Assembly: GCA_973895155.1 (NCBI GenBank) | Contig: OZ316896.1 | Coordinates: 12,132,549 to 12,196,548, forward strand | Direction of reading: 5' to 3' | Length of the DNA: 64,000 nt | Origin: Marsupella aquatica | Taxonomy: Eukaryota; Plantae; Marchantiophyta | Part shown: piece after piece, positions 1 to 12,400 of the stretch | Layout: every line of letters begins with the position of its first letter | How positions within the stretch are numbered: the stretch's first letter is position 1 | Notes under the pieces: model-generated | What the model was told of the DNA's origin: nothing | Databases searched by the model: none | What the model saw: only the letters and a program-made list of their open reading frames with translations | Program-made: the position numbers and the translations under genes

Positions 1-1140
1 GGGATTACTTTATGTATTTATTACTTTGTCTTTATCACTTTATGTCTGTACACTTATACAGAGTATGAGAGCATGAAATTGAAAGGGATTAGAAGGCATT
101 GACTGGTCTGGACGGCGGACAGAAATAGAAAAGATAGCGATTGCAAACCTAGCCCCACCTCTTCGGAGCACATTACCCACACAGATTTGGTGAGACGTTA
201 GGAATTAAATTCTAAAGTAGGTTTGGAATCAAATTCAGGCAGAAATTCAGAGGATGGGAACTAGATGGGAATTCAGGGGATGGGAATATCTATCTGAATT
301 GACTCTGAGCTCAGGCTTTGAGTAAATGCATTAGGATTAGAACATCATTCCTGTCAAAGTAATGGTAATTGTACAGACCATTTTCTCCAAGTGTCTATGT
401 AGAGGTGCAGGAAATGGACATGTACAAGGATTGTACCGGATTTTCTCCCAAGGAAGCAGAAGGTCTATGTCCTTCGGCCATGTTGTAGCCAAGGACGCAC
501 GAGGTATTTCCCATATCCTTCCCCTGGTTCTCCCTGTGATGCACGTAGTTCGCAGCAGCACTTGCCACATCTTTGGCTCATGACTATCGCATCAAAATCT
601 CAAAGTGGGGAGTATTCACTAAAATTATGAGGCTGACGTGAATACTATCAAATTATACAAAGAGGATGAGAACTGTAGTGACGAAGTAGATCATGCCGAA
701 CTAGATTCAGAGAGATATTGTTCAACTGGCTTGAGGCTTGTATTGTCCATCTACCCTAAAAACTAGCCGGGCAGGGAGCTCTGTGCACTGAAAAAATCCC
801 AACTTGGTAAGATCCATCATGACTAATTTATTATCCACATATATTATATTTCTTTGCACCACTTGTGAGTTCAGAGGAAAAATTGCTGACTTGAAAACAG
901 TCTGTCAGCAAATTGTACTGACCTCTTACAACAATGTTCCCAGGACAATATGACCAGCTGCCGTAGTATAATTTAGACACAAAGATCTGCTCTATACTCG
1001 ACACATTTCACTGACGCCAAGAGAAACGAAGGTCCACAAATTTTCAAAGAAGCGCTCTCGGTTTGCTAAGTCCCACTTCTACATCTCGAGTATGGGTCAG
1101 CAGGGCACAATGCCTTCAACTAGAGAATGCAGCAGTTGCA

Positions 1141-1535
1141 GAAAACACAGTACGTTATGATGATAATTACGTAATTAAGGAAATATTAGTTCTCAAATGC
1201 AATGTCAAGGCACAAGAATGTCATTCTAAACAGGGGTGAGGAAACATAGTATACGATGGTAATGCAATTAAGAAAATACTTGTTCTCGAATGGATTTCAA
1301 GGCACAAAAATGTCATGCAAACAGTGGTGAGGAAACACAGTATATTACGGTCGTGTAATTAAGGAAATATTAGTTCTCAAGTGGAATGTCAAGGCACAAA
1401 AATGTCATTGAAAAGAGTGGTGAAGAAACAAAGTATATGATGGTAATGTAATTAAGGAAATATTACAGTAGGTCTTCTCAACTGGAATGTCAAGGCACAA
1501 GAATGTCAAATGCAAAGCCTGAGTGGTGAGGAAAC
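1141..1535. repeat. Tandem repeat, ~92-105 bp unit, about 4 copies
   Basis: The block GAAACA..AGTA...GTAATTAAGGAAATATT..TTCTC...AATGTCAAGGCACAA.AATGTCA...GTGGTGAG recurs at about 1141, 1241, 1332 and 1425. Confidence 0.85.
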
Positions 1536-3046
1536 TGCATTGGCGTCTAGTGTGAGTTCAAGCTAAATCACAGTGGGATAAATAATCTGACCTCACATCT
1601 ACACACAAACAAATCACATCAACATGGTAATAGATTTCGCAGTCAAAGTCACATAGATCAGCATAGCGCCCAGTCAACGAAAGCAGAGACTTAGCAAAAT
1701 GAAAACCACAGATAGGGCCACAGATTTTCAGATTTTCTCAACCAGCATCTGATGAGTAAGGGCGATGGAGCCCAGGGAGTTTAATGGGGTAGCTTTGCGT
1801 TCGACAGGCAGGGGCACAAGATTAAAATACTCCGAGATATTGCTTTTTGGTTGTTGTAGCTTCTTTTCACGAAAGCTACATGAGATGAACATGCCCGTGC
1901 AGAAAGGTTTCTTTAATGGTTCTGTTACGGTTTTGCCAACTTGGTTCATGGTAGTAAGTTGTAGTCATAAATTGGATTTTGATTGTTGAGCTGTAGGACA
2001 ACACGATGTCACTGACAGGAAGTTCTTTCTGCAACTTCCTGTCCGCCTCATGGTTGAGTTAGGACAAATGATCTGAGTCGTTTGACGGAAAGTAGGAGAC
2101 TCCGATTCGGAAGATTTCTCACGGAACGACAGATTAAACAATTCAGTGAAATCAAGTCTCAGTGCTCCTTTCCGACAATTGAGTCAACGTTTCCGCCCTC
2201 ATGCAGAAGTAAGTTTGTCAGGTCGGCCCAATGCGCTCTGGATTAGCAAAAAACTCGTAGAGCTGCTCAATTAAGTCACCTGGGTTTACATCACCTGATA
2301 ACCCAAAAAACAAGATCTTCAAATCCATCTTGGAAACAATACGTATCGCAGGGACATTGAGCATTGGCATATTATCGAGAAGAAATCAGATGTTGGCTCC
2401 ATAAAAGCATAACTAGAGAGTTGTGACATTGTTGCTTGATTTCGGTGGATGGCTCGAATATCCATCATGCAGGGAGACTTTCAAGTTTGAGTTGAAACAG
2501 AAGTTACTACCTACAGTACCAGATTGCTTGGCAAAATCCCATCCTCGGGTCATAGTGGGTCGTTGAACGAATCTATCGTTGGTATACATAATCTGACAGG
2601 CACTTCAAGTGACTCTATCCTTGCGGAAATCACCTGACATGGAATTGACAGTGTCTTTACGGGCAAGCTGTACGAATGTTACATCGCTAGAATAAGATTA
2701 AGTAGGCATACCTACCTATCCAGTGCTTTAGACCATGAAAAATTGAGAAGCCCTGCAATTTCGCCACGAAGACATTCTGCTACATGATTAGGAGGTGATC
2801 GAGGAGGTGAGCACGACCTTTGGCTAAGTTCAGACAATCTGGCTCAATTCTTCTTTTCGTTCTCTAATTTTGCAAAGCTGGAATTGACCATAATCAAAAT
2901 CAATACATCTCTACCCCTGAGTTGTACGACTAACTTACCCCTGAAACTGACATTAATATTTGATTAACCGGACCTCCACATGAGAACTCTAAACTAAAAT
3001 TCTCTGAGCACTAAGTCCTCCACCAACCACAACAAGAACTAAAAAA

Positions 3047-4240
3047 CCCCTTAAACCACCAGTGGCCATATAAAAGTAGAACTAAATTCCCCCTTAAACC
3101 ACAAGTGGCCATATAAAAGTACAAGTGTCCAATATTTCTCCCTTTTTCACATTTCTTTCCTCTAGGTAGGGTGAGACTTTGCTACACAATTTCAAAAAAT
3201 ATGTACTAAAAATGGTGAACCCTTGTGTATCCAGGTTTGGTCATGGACAGAGCTTTAAGGAGCAGATAGAACACCGAAGCCCTGTTGGGCAGACATTTGA
3301 AAAGCCTGGTAACCGAGTTAGCCTTAGGGTAGGGGTTTAGGACATAGGGTAGGACAGTACTGCACTAAGAGAACTGGTAACCAAGTTAGCCTTAGGGTAG
3401 GACATAGGGTAGGACAGTACTGCACTAAGACACTGGCAAATTAATGAATATCCATGTGGTCAAACATGAATTGCTTTGACCTAGATGAGTGACTGTTCAG
3501 CTACAACTTAAGATGTACTATAGTGCAATGGAATTCAGGGGTCAGGAATTCGTGTGCATGCTGCCGCATCCATGAATTGGGAACCAGGTGAACTACGCCT
3601 GTATGACAGGGCTACAGTAGTACTCTGTTGATGGAACTGTGCCTCCCCTCTCTTACCAGTTGTGGCCTACTGTAGTAATCTGTCGATGGAACTGTCTTTC
3701 TCGCCCCTCGGATCCTTTGCATCAAATCCACAAAGTACCTTAGTCTAATTAAACAAAAACCCCTTCACTACTCGGCCAAAGAGTCCCCTTCACTACAGTC
3801 CTCCTTTCTCCTCTGCCAAAGCATCCCCTTCACTACAGTCCTCGTGTTTCCTCAGCCCAGCCGACTAGCCTGCTTTGGGGCCCTGGTTCAACCCTCTAAA
3901 CCCTGGTTCCTGGTCTGGGTCCCTGGTTCCTGGTCTGGGTCCCTGTTGGATCCCTGGGTATCGTCCTCCCTTGTGGGTTACCCTACAGTGATGCATACTC
4001 CAAAGTAGAACTTTTATCCTCTCTTGGATGGGTGTGGGTTACCCTACAACTGTGCATACTCCAAAGTAGAACTTCTATCCTTTCTTGGATGGGTCTACTT
4101 TTGGCTTCCAAGGCACAAAAAAAACCTAAGTGGTGCATACTCCAGAGTAAAACTTCTATCCTCTCTTTGGATGGTTCTACTTTTGGGGCACCAAACAAAC
4201 CCTTCACTACAAGGGGCCCCAAGAAGTCTAAACAATAGTA
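3047..4240. repeat. Cluster of short local duplications, including one copy of a dispersed repeat family
   Basis: Duplicated blocks: CCCCTTAAACCAC.AGTGGCCATATAAAAGTA x2, TTAGCCTTAGGGTAGG...GGACAGTACTGCACTAAGA x2, CCCCTTCACTAC x4, CCCTGGTTCCTGGTCTGGGT x2 and TGCATACTCCA.AGTA.AACTT.TATCCT x3. The segment 3840-4030 also matches the fold-back arms at 41059-41546. Confidence 0.75.
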
Positions 4241-4513
4241 ATCTGGTTAGTTCTTTCTTTTCATGGCCTCTTTATGAAATGTCATTTTTGCCTGAAGCCT
4301 TCCTTGGCCATTCAATTAAGGTGATATTTTTTACTAACCATACGATGAACCTACTACAGTTGTTAGTGTGCAGCTCTTCTATACCCAACCTGTCACTCTT
4401 CAGCCAGCACACTCCTTGAAATCCAATTGTCTATCTGATCTCTCGCCACAACATACTTTTTGAAATCCAATCTGACTCACCGACTACCCACAGCATCAGA
4501 TAGTCATGCCATG

Positions 4514-4820
4514 TCACTTATGTTTGACAACACTTAACCCGACATCATTAACTCTGTACATCATTAACTACGGACAATACCTTGCAGGGCACAAGCATTG
4601 GGCTAGTATAGAATACATAGACAATTACATAGACAATGATGAGCAGGGCAAGGACAAGAGCAGACGTGAAAGGAAGAGTTGCAATCTCTGAGGTCTGGCC
4701 ATCTCACTTATGTTGGAAAACACTTACACTAAACATCATTAACTATTGACAAGACCTTCCCAAGGCACACAGAGTATAAAATAGTTAGACAATGATGAGC
4801 AGGCCAAGGAGAAGAGCTAA
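4514..4820. repeat. Local direct duplication of about 160-190 bp
   Basis: TCACTTATGTT.GA.AACACTTA...ACATCATTAACT and TAGACAATGATGAGCAGG.CAAGGA.AAGAGC each occur twice. Confidence 0.7.
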
Positions 4821-5938
4821 CCTGCAGGAAGAGCTGTAATCTTGAGAACAATCTGAAATGTTGTGATTACAGCACTTTCCTATACATGCGAGCTCATACG
4901 GTTTTCTAACCCAGGTCGTTAAGAAGCATGGAAATCCAGATGCAGCAGATCTTCTCTTTGTTTTCACATTCCTCTGGCTGTGCTCTCTTTGCTGCCAAGT
5001 AAGCTGATTTCGTGAATCCTTTGGGAGTAGCTGAACCTCTCTTCGATTTCTAGCCTTTTGTACTGTTTCCTCACTCACGTGCAATCTGCTTGCAATCGCA
5101 GCTGATGTCGTACTTCAGCGGACAGGATTCGTCTTTCCGGAATGAGGAAGGACCCAGCAGTGAAAAGGCTGCCTGAGCACAGAAGCATGGTGGTTCGTTG
5201 ATCGCCCACACGATCTGGAATGTGGTTTCAGATCACACACTTGCTTTTTGCTTTTGTGGTTGGTTCTTTTCTTCTGGGTCAGCGAATTTGGACTAAAGAT
5301 TTGTTTGTTCGATTTGCCTTTTCCATCCCAGCGCGGAAGTACACTTTCGCAATCAATCCCTCCGCAATCGTCTCTCGTGCCCACCACCATCCTGGCCAAC
5401 AGTAGCAGCATTAAACGCACGGGACTGCACTGCACTGCCGGTGCGTTCCATGGCACTTAATGCCTTCCTCAACCTGGCCAAGTGCCGCTGCTGCAGAGAC
5501 ATATCAGTCAAGCATGGCGATCCCAATTCCTCTTCGCAGGATTAGGGCCTTGGCAGAGTGTAGAGTAGGTTTCCACCGATGTAGCGAGATGTCACTCACC
5601 GTTCCTTCCCATCTCGACCAAGCTCAGCTGAACAAAGCTTTTCTTGGGCTTTTCTGCCCGGCTCGACAATGCTTGTAGAGCACGACGTTCTTCTGCAATT
5701 TCGGATCTCAATACATTTTGCACTACTTTTGACACTACAGGGTAGGTGCTGAGGTGAGGCACGCTGATAATACAATGATGAGCTTCTGGATGTTTTACTC
5801 TGGTCACATTCTCTCAGCCTGAACGAAGGGAGGAGTGGTGCGGGACCACAGAAGCACTCACCAGTCCCACCGCTTCTTTGGCGGCTTGCTGCTCCACACC
5901 GCATCTGTCGGCCGGGCAGGAAGGAGCTTAGATCTGGA

Positions 5939-7390
5939 ATGGGTCCCGCAGCAGGGGGTCCAACGGAGTCCTCACTCCTCCCCCTGCTTCTGTGCGGTGT
6001 GAAGGAGAAGCCTGGCATAGCAAGGTCGCTGGTGGTCCCGGCAACACGAACACCGGAACACTGGCTTCGACTGAGTAACTTGGATCGGGTGGTGAACCCC
6101 ACATTTACGAGTGCCATCCTCTTCTTCACCAATCTGGTTTCAAATCAGCACAGCGAACGCACTTTCACCGAGGTTGTGGAGAGTTTGAAGGAATCGCTGT
6201 CGAGAACGTTGGTGGATTTCTACCCTCTTGCAGGCCGGCTGGAGGTCCGAGAGAACGGGCTGGTCGATCTGCACTGCGATGATCAGGGAGCTGTGTTCGT
6301 TGAGGTTTCGTTAGATGCATCACTTGCGGATGTGGGCGGCGTTGGGCCCATGCCCGCTCTCTCGGGCCTGGAACTGGCTAAGCTAGGCCCGGGACCTCAG
6401 TACATCCCAGACCAGCTCACCCCCATGCCCACACTGGTCATTCAAGTGACTCAATTCAGGAAATGCGGAAGCGTGGCCTTGGCGGTGAACTGGCATCACA
6501 CCGTAGCAGATGGATCGGCGGGATGCCATTTCATGCAATCCTGGGCCGAGCTCGCAACGGGCAAGGAGCTTACGTTACTGCCTCATCACAACAGGGAGCT
6601 GCTCAGGCCGAGAGCGACGCTGAATTCCTCCCTGATACTGAATGGGTACAGCACAAATAGTGTTGACAAGTTGCTCCCCAATGGAGGAGCTGCGGAGGTT
6701 ACGACTGAGCCAGCGCTTCTCAAGAGCTTTCTTCTCACGAAGCAAGCAGCTCAGGGCCTCAAAGCTGTGGCCAGGACGGAAGATTGTGAGTACACTTCTG
6801 CGGAAGCCATCTCAGGCTACCTATGGCAGCTGATGACCAAAGCTCGAAAGGAAATTGTGAAGGGGGATGGGGACCTCGGGATCAGAGGGCAACAGCACCA
6901 GGAGACAACCAGGTTTTTCATGTTTGTGGATGGAAGGAAGAAACTGGCATTGCCGGCTGGATACTTCGGCAATGTCGTGTGCAGTGCCTGCGCCGTGAGC
7001 ACTGAAGAGGACATACTGAGGAGGCCGCTCAATTACGCTGCAGACCTGGTCAGGAAGTCTATGATGAACATCACTGACGAGTACTTCCGCTCTCTCATCG
7101 ACTGGGTGGAAGAGCAAAGGCTTGCGCCGCCCAAGTCTGAGCATGTGAACTCGCTGGGTCACGACGTTGCTGCCACCTTCTGGACCTTCTTCCCCTTGTA
7201 TGATTTAGACTTCGGATGGGGCAAGCCCAGTTTCGCAACTAGGAACGCAGGACCCCGGCCGCTGATTGACGGCATTGCCATGATGCCAAGCCCTGAAGGA
7301 CGCGGCCACATGGTAGCCCTCCTCAATCTCCACGCGGATCGAATGGCAAGACTGCAGACCGATCCAGCATTCTCCTCAGTCTACTCGTAA
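5939..7390 (+). CDS. BAHD-family acyl-CoA acyltransferase (HCT-like), intronless, 483 aa
   Basis: Intact ORF with the catalytic HxxxD motif (HHTVADG), the C-terminal DFGWG motif (DFGWGKP), and the family motifs FYPLAGRL and YFGN. Substrate cannot be assigned from sequence. Confidence 0.95.
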   Translation: MGPAAGGPTESSLLPLLLCGVKEKPGIARSLVVPATRTPEHWLRLSNLDRVVNPTFTSAILFFTNLVSNQHSERTFTEVVESLKESLSRTLVDFYPLAGRLEVRENGLVDLHCDDQGAVFVEVSLDASLADVGGVGPMPALSGLELAKLGPGPQYIPDQLTPMPTLVIQVTQFRKCGSVALAVNWHHTVADGSAGCHFMQSWAELATGKELTLLPHHNRELLRPRATLNSSLILNGYSTNSVDKLLPNGGAAEVTTEPALLKSFLLTKQAAQGLKAVARTEDCEYTSAEAISGYLWQLMTKARKEIVKGDGDLGIRGQQHQETTRFFMFVDGRKKLALPAGYFGNVVCSACAVSTEEDILRRPLNYAADLVRKSMMNITDEYFRSLIDWVEEQRLAPPKSEHVNSLGHDVAATFWTFFPLYDLDFGWGKPSFATRNAGPRPLIDGIAMMPSPEGRGHMVALLNLHADRMARLQTDPAFSSVYS

Positions 7391-9426
7391 GTGGAGGCCA
7401 CGGGATTGCACCTCAGGTTTTTTTCATGAAATGCCACGACTCTACTTTTTCCTTAAGAGGAGATCCTCATTCAATCCAGTTCGGCATAAGTTTGAGATGA
7501 GAATTGCTCGGACTGGTAAACGTTCGATTGTAAGATTGGTGGAGTGCTCATCTCTACTTGCCTCCATGCGGATGGCGACCATTCTCATCTCAAAATTACC
7601 ATGTATGGACTACCCTTGTCAATCATTGCGTTGCTTGCCGCGCACCGACAAGAATAAGACGCTGCCCATATCTTGACAATGTAGTCTCCAGATGGTGTCA
7701 ACTGGTGGTCCGATTTTGACAGCTGAGTTAGGACGAGCATGGTGGTGTATCAGGGCATGAGAGCTGATGAGGCGCCCGAGGCTGTTCTGGTTACAGATAA
7801 TATCTCCAACTTGTACATTCTTTGGGACAAAATGTCTTCGGGGTTGTCCATCGCCAAGTTCTCAATGATAAATGGTCGCGCAGGAGCGTGGACGAACTGA
7901 GACTGAGACTATTGAGGCTTCCAGATCAATAATAGAAGTGCCTCCGAATGCTTGCTGCCGTCGTCTAGCACGTGAGGCGCACACACAAGGAAGTGGGGAT
8001 GACTAGGTCTCCTGGAGGACTAGCTGGACTACTTGAGCATTACTGAGCAATGGTCCCTCGGCCAGCTTTAATACCCTGCACCACGTTTCAATTGCTCCGA
8101 CATTGATCAACTCTTGCTCGATACATAAATTACGCTATAATCTTTTGAGGACCCTACTGACTAAAGAAAATCATCGAGCGGGTGATCTTCTACACGGCTC
8201 TCTGCCGAAGTTTACATTGCCCATCTGTTGCGAGGCATTCTTGTGATCACCTGCTACAGAATAGGTGACGGACCTCATGCTCATCACAGAATTTCAATTC
8301 TTGAGCAAGATGGAATGTAAACATAAATTATACGTATCCATCTTGAGATGAATCCATTGCCCATATTTCAATGCAAAGTGTTTCCCGGCTAAAACCCTGT
8401 GTCTTCTCAGTAGAACAACTGCGTTACGATAAGACGTCTATTCGCCTGGGTTCTGTGGCATGGACAAGCATTTTCAAAAGCATGTAAAGAGTCACTCTGT
8501 AACGAATGATTCTCTGTAGATGGAGCAATACACACCTTCATGAAGCTTTCCACATATGTAAAAATATCACGGCAAAAGCCTCACATTCATAAGCGACCGG
8601 AAATTTGCGGGTCAGACATGTATCGAAAAATTGTCAATTGATAACTAACTTGACATGGCAAATGCTTCTTATTAAACAATCGGAATCTTCTGTGGCTTCT
8701 GCTTTCACTGATCAAAATGAATACTCTCGCGATTCTAGTCAATAGAAGACAGCAAATCCAATATTTCCACAGCCAAGATCCCTTTAGGTTTCGACGTGGC
8801 TTGAAGCCCATGAAGTTACTTCACCCGCTTCTGCTTCAGAAGTGATGAAGATCAGCAAAGCAAAGCTTATCTACATCGTAATGAATTGCAGAGCCCGAAA
8901 ACCACCACAATTGGGTGCACCTGAGCTCCGCACTTCATCTTTGTCCTCCAAAATGATCACGATACTTTTCCCGATATGATTTAAACTGAATGCAAAAAGA
9001 ACCTTACCAGACTCCTATGTATGGTTCGCCAGCTTGTTATCTCAAGTGGAGATTGTGGCGTTTTCTCGGTACAAAAAACTGGTGGTATCATTTGGAACAA
9101 GTCTGGCCTTCAGACTTCGCATCTGGACATCTGTCATCGTGAGCACAACTTTGTTAGAGTTGTTGGGGAGCAGCTCAATATCTCTCACTCATGATCTGTA
9201 CGCATGCAATGGCCCTGAACTCCAAGACTGTTCATTTGTAATGCACTAATCACGCCCATCGGCATTCAGATCAGGTTAAGAGACTAAAGATTGTAGAGGG
9301 ATGATAAAATACCTCGCTCAGTGCTTTTGTTTGTATCTTCATTTGGGAATCCAACCGTTTCAGTAAAGGAAGATCTTTCTTTGACACTAATTTGTCAATG
9401 ACAGATAGATTCGTGGCAAATGATTG

Positions 9427-12400
9427 TCACCGAGCCTTAAAGATGACTTGCACTGGAATCCCAGTTGGAGGCTTTTCTTCAGCTGCAACTGCAGCATGTG
9501 AGAGCAACTCCACATGCGCAGTTTTATCCTGGCGAGGTACCCACATGTCCCTAGCTTCCTCCACAGTTGATGCAAGAAAGCACTCCAACTTGTTTTCATC
9601 AACAACCAGGTCCTGCTTATCGCAATGATTTGCAAGTTTCATCCACAAGCCCGCTTTGTCGTTCCGTTTCACCGCATCAAAATCACCAAACACACAAAGC
9701 AAGCGCCTCACTCTTGACAGCATCACACAAGCGCGACGTTGATCTGCTGCAAAAGGCGAGAAGGAGCGGCCTGCTACAAGGGAGATAACAACGATATCGC
9801 ACTGCTGGCCCTGAAACGAGTCCACGTTGTGAACAGGAATTGCCAATTCATTGGCTGCCAGATCATTAGAAATTCGCCTTGTTTGTTCCTCGTAAAGGGT
9901 AAGAACCACCACTCTCTCACAATCCACCTTCATGTCATGCACAAGGGATGCACAGAATCGAACAATGGATTTGGCTTCTGGAACATTGTGCAAGGATGTT
10001 TTTCCAGCAGCAGCTGTAGCTGTACCTTTTACATGAGACCAAACTAAAGGTCTAAAACTTTTCTCCTGAAGCCTATGAGGAGCCGTCATCAAAACGTTGT
10101 CATATATCTCTGCAGACAAGAACTCACAGATTGATGGAGGCATCCGATACTGCTCTCTGAGAAACATGACCTTACAGCTCTTTGAAACCAGATCAAAAAC
10201 ACTGGGGACAGTATCGTTGCTCTGCACTGCTGTATATGGGGGAAGCTGGTGAGGGTCTCCTAATACACTCACCATGGCCAAGTCTGGGAGGCTTATCACT
10301 GGACGTAGAAAGCTACAATCACTAGCTTGAGAGCTTTCATCAATGATCAACGCCGTTACTTTCCCTTTCATCAAACTCGTTGTAAAAGAAGGGCACCCTA
10401 TGAGATCCACAGTACACAGGACTACATTAGGATATTCTCTTCCATCATTCCTGGTCCTCCAAGCAGCCAAATTCATTGAGAACTCACATTGATCGGATGA
10501 TGACACCACAAGACACTCTGAAAGTTGAGTGTAGAAAAACTCATGCCAGCCAGAGTAGTAGTCTTCACTGATGAGGAGTAGAACTCCTGGTACTTCGCCA
10601 TCTACAAGAGTTTCTGCTAGATGCCGCACAGCTACATTCTGGTAAGCAGTACAGATAAGAACCTCCTTGGAGTTCTCACCCGTCCTGGCTGCAATCCATG
10701 ATTTTGCCACAGACTGTATAAGCGACGTTTTTCCAGTTCCAGGTGGCCCAATAGTGGCCGAAAGAGGAGTTGTCAGGATATTTTGCCATGCCTCTCTCTG
10801 GCTATCATTAAGATGGTGTGAAATTGTTGTGAAAGGCTCACGCCTTAAATCAAACAGCATACTCCCGGATCCTGAGCCATTTGAAATGGGACACCGAGCT
10901 CTACCGACATTACAGCCCAAGGCCAGAAGAAGATGTCGTGGACAGGCTGTCGGATCACGAAGAATACATCTCAGACCTTCCCAAAGCCGTTTGCTCTTCC
11001 AATTGAGCTGGCGCTTTGCCCCTTCCAAGATCGTCAGGCTTCTGATTGATTCAATTGTTACCTGGCTAGAAGCATGCTTACTAAATTTTCCACTGCTTTG
11101 AATAGGCGTGAGTATCACGGCCTTCCCTTTGCGACTTTTCACTTTGTACTGCGCTGACCCCTGGTCGTCCTTGAGCTGCAATTCTACATCACATCTAGCC
11201 TTGACACGAGATCGGAAGCTATGCTGCATTAGTTGTAGGGTGCCCGGATCCGCAGTCTCACTCAGTGTTCCAGATGTCTGCAACACACATGACTCGATCG
11301 ATTAGTACCTCTCTTGCCAGTGCTCGTGCGCTCCCGCAAGAGCACAAAGACATGACTTGCTTCACCGAATCCTTAGAGTTTGGGACAATTGATTGGTGTG
11401 TTTCGCGTCTTATTTTTTAAGAGATTTGCTACGGCAATGGGAAACCCACAACTACGGAAACCATAGATACACGTAACAGCAATTCAAGTAGGGTCCTACT
11501 GCAAACAGACAGGTAAAGTTCCTGAGATAGCTCATGGCTTACGATATCATCTCATGGACTCTTATTGGCACATCGAGAGTGTCGATCTGACCCTGATGTA
11601 GATTCGCAAAATTAAAACTGTACCTCGTTAAGAGAAGATTCCTCTGTTTTAAAAGCATCAGCAATTGCTCGTCCAAAGAGGTCTAGAACCTGCCGAGGAA
11701 GACTTTCCAACGACATCAGAGTTACAGCTCCCTCCACTGCCGCTGCTCCTTCAAGTGCAACCATCCGCGAAGACCAGGCATTCAATATTCCATATTTTAT
11801 CTGCAACAAACAAGAAAGTCACTGTCTATAAAGCAATAAACTAATCGTCCTGCCACAGCTCAATTATCAACTACACTGTTGCACAAATTTCAAGGCATTA
11901 CTGCAAGCAGTCCACGTTACTGTAGTTCTCTCCAATTTGCATTACCTGGTTTGAAGAGAGTTCTGACCGGCCCCAATCACTCTTTGAGATCTCCGGGCGT
12001 TTTGTCCATTCCCACTTGTACAATTTGCTGGATATTAAACGGGAGTCAGACAACTTGAAACACTAAAGAATAGACGAGCGAAATGAATTTGATAGGCAAA
12101 TCGCTACTGTAGGTTCACAGGTCGAGACACGAAGGAGTAACAAGAGGAGAGGAAAAATACACTCCAAAGACGAAGGAGGAAACTCGGTGGAACCTGAAAA
12201 TGGACATCATGGGAATCGCACGTTGCCTATGCATATAGACCTCTGTCACGTTCTTGATGGAGTTCACAACCAAGCCGGTTGCCCAATAAATTGCTAGAGC
12301 ATCATCTTCAATCTCCGTTCCTGTCTTGACAACTTCATGCGTCGCCAGCAGTTTTGCTAGCCTCGTTGAATAAAAAACAGAAGAGCTGTCGCTTGATGAC

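Noticed and set aside
5596-7162. Antisense and alternative-frame ORFs overlapping the BAHD gene
   Set aside because: They are shadow ORFs of a GC-rich CDS with no recognisable motifs. The same applies to the antisense ORFs over BiP, GRP94, ENT and the helicase.
9427-11286. Calling the helicase UPF1, SEN1 or SDE3
   Set aside because: It lacks the UPF1 CH domain and the SEN1/SDE3 N-terminal architecture, and its motifs are divergent. Only SF1B family membership is supported.
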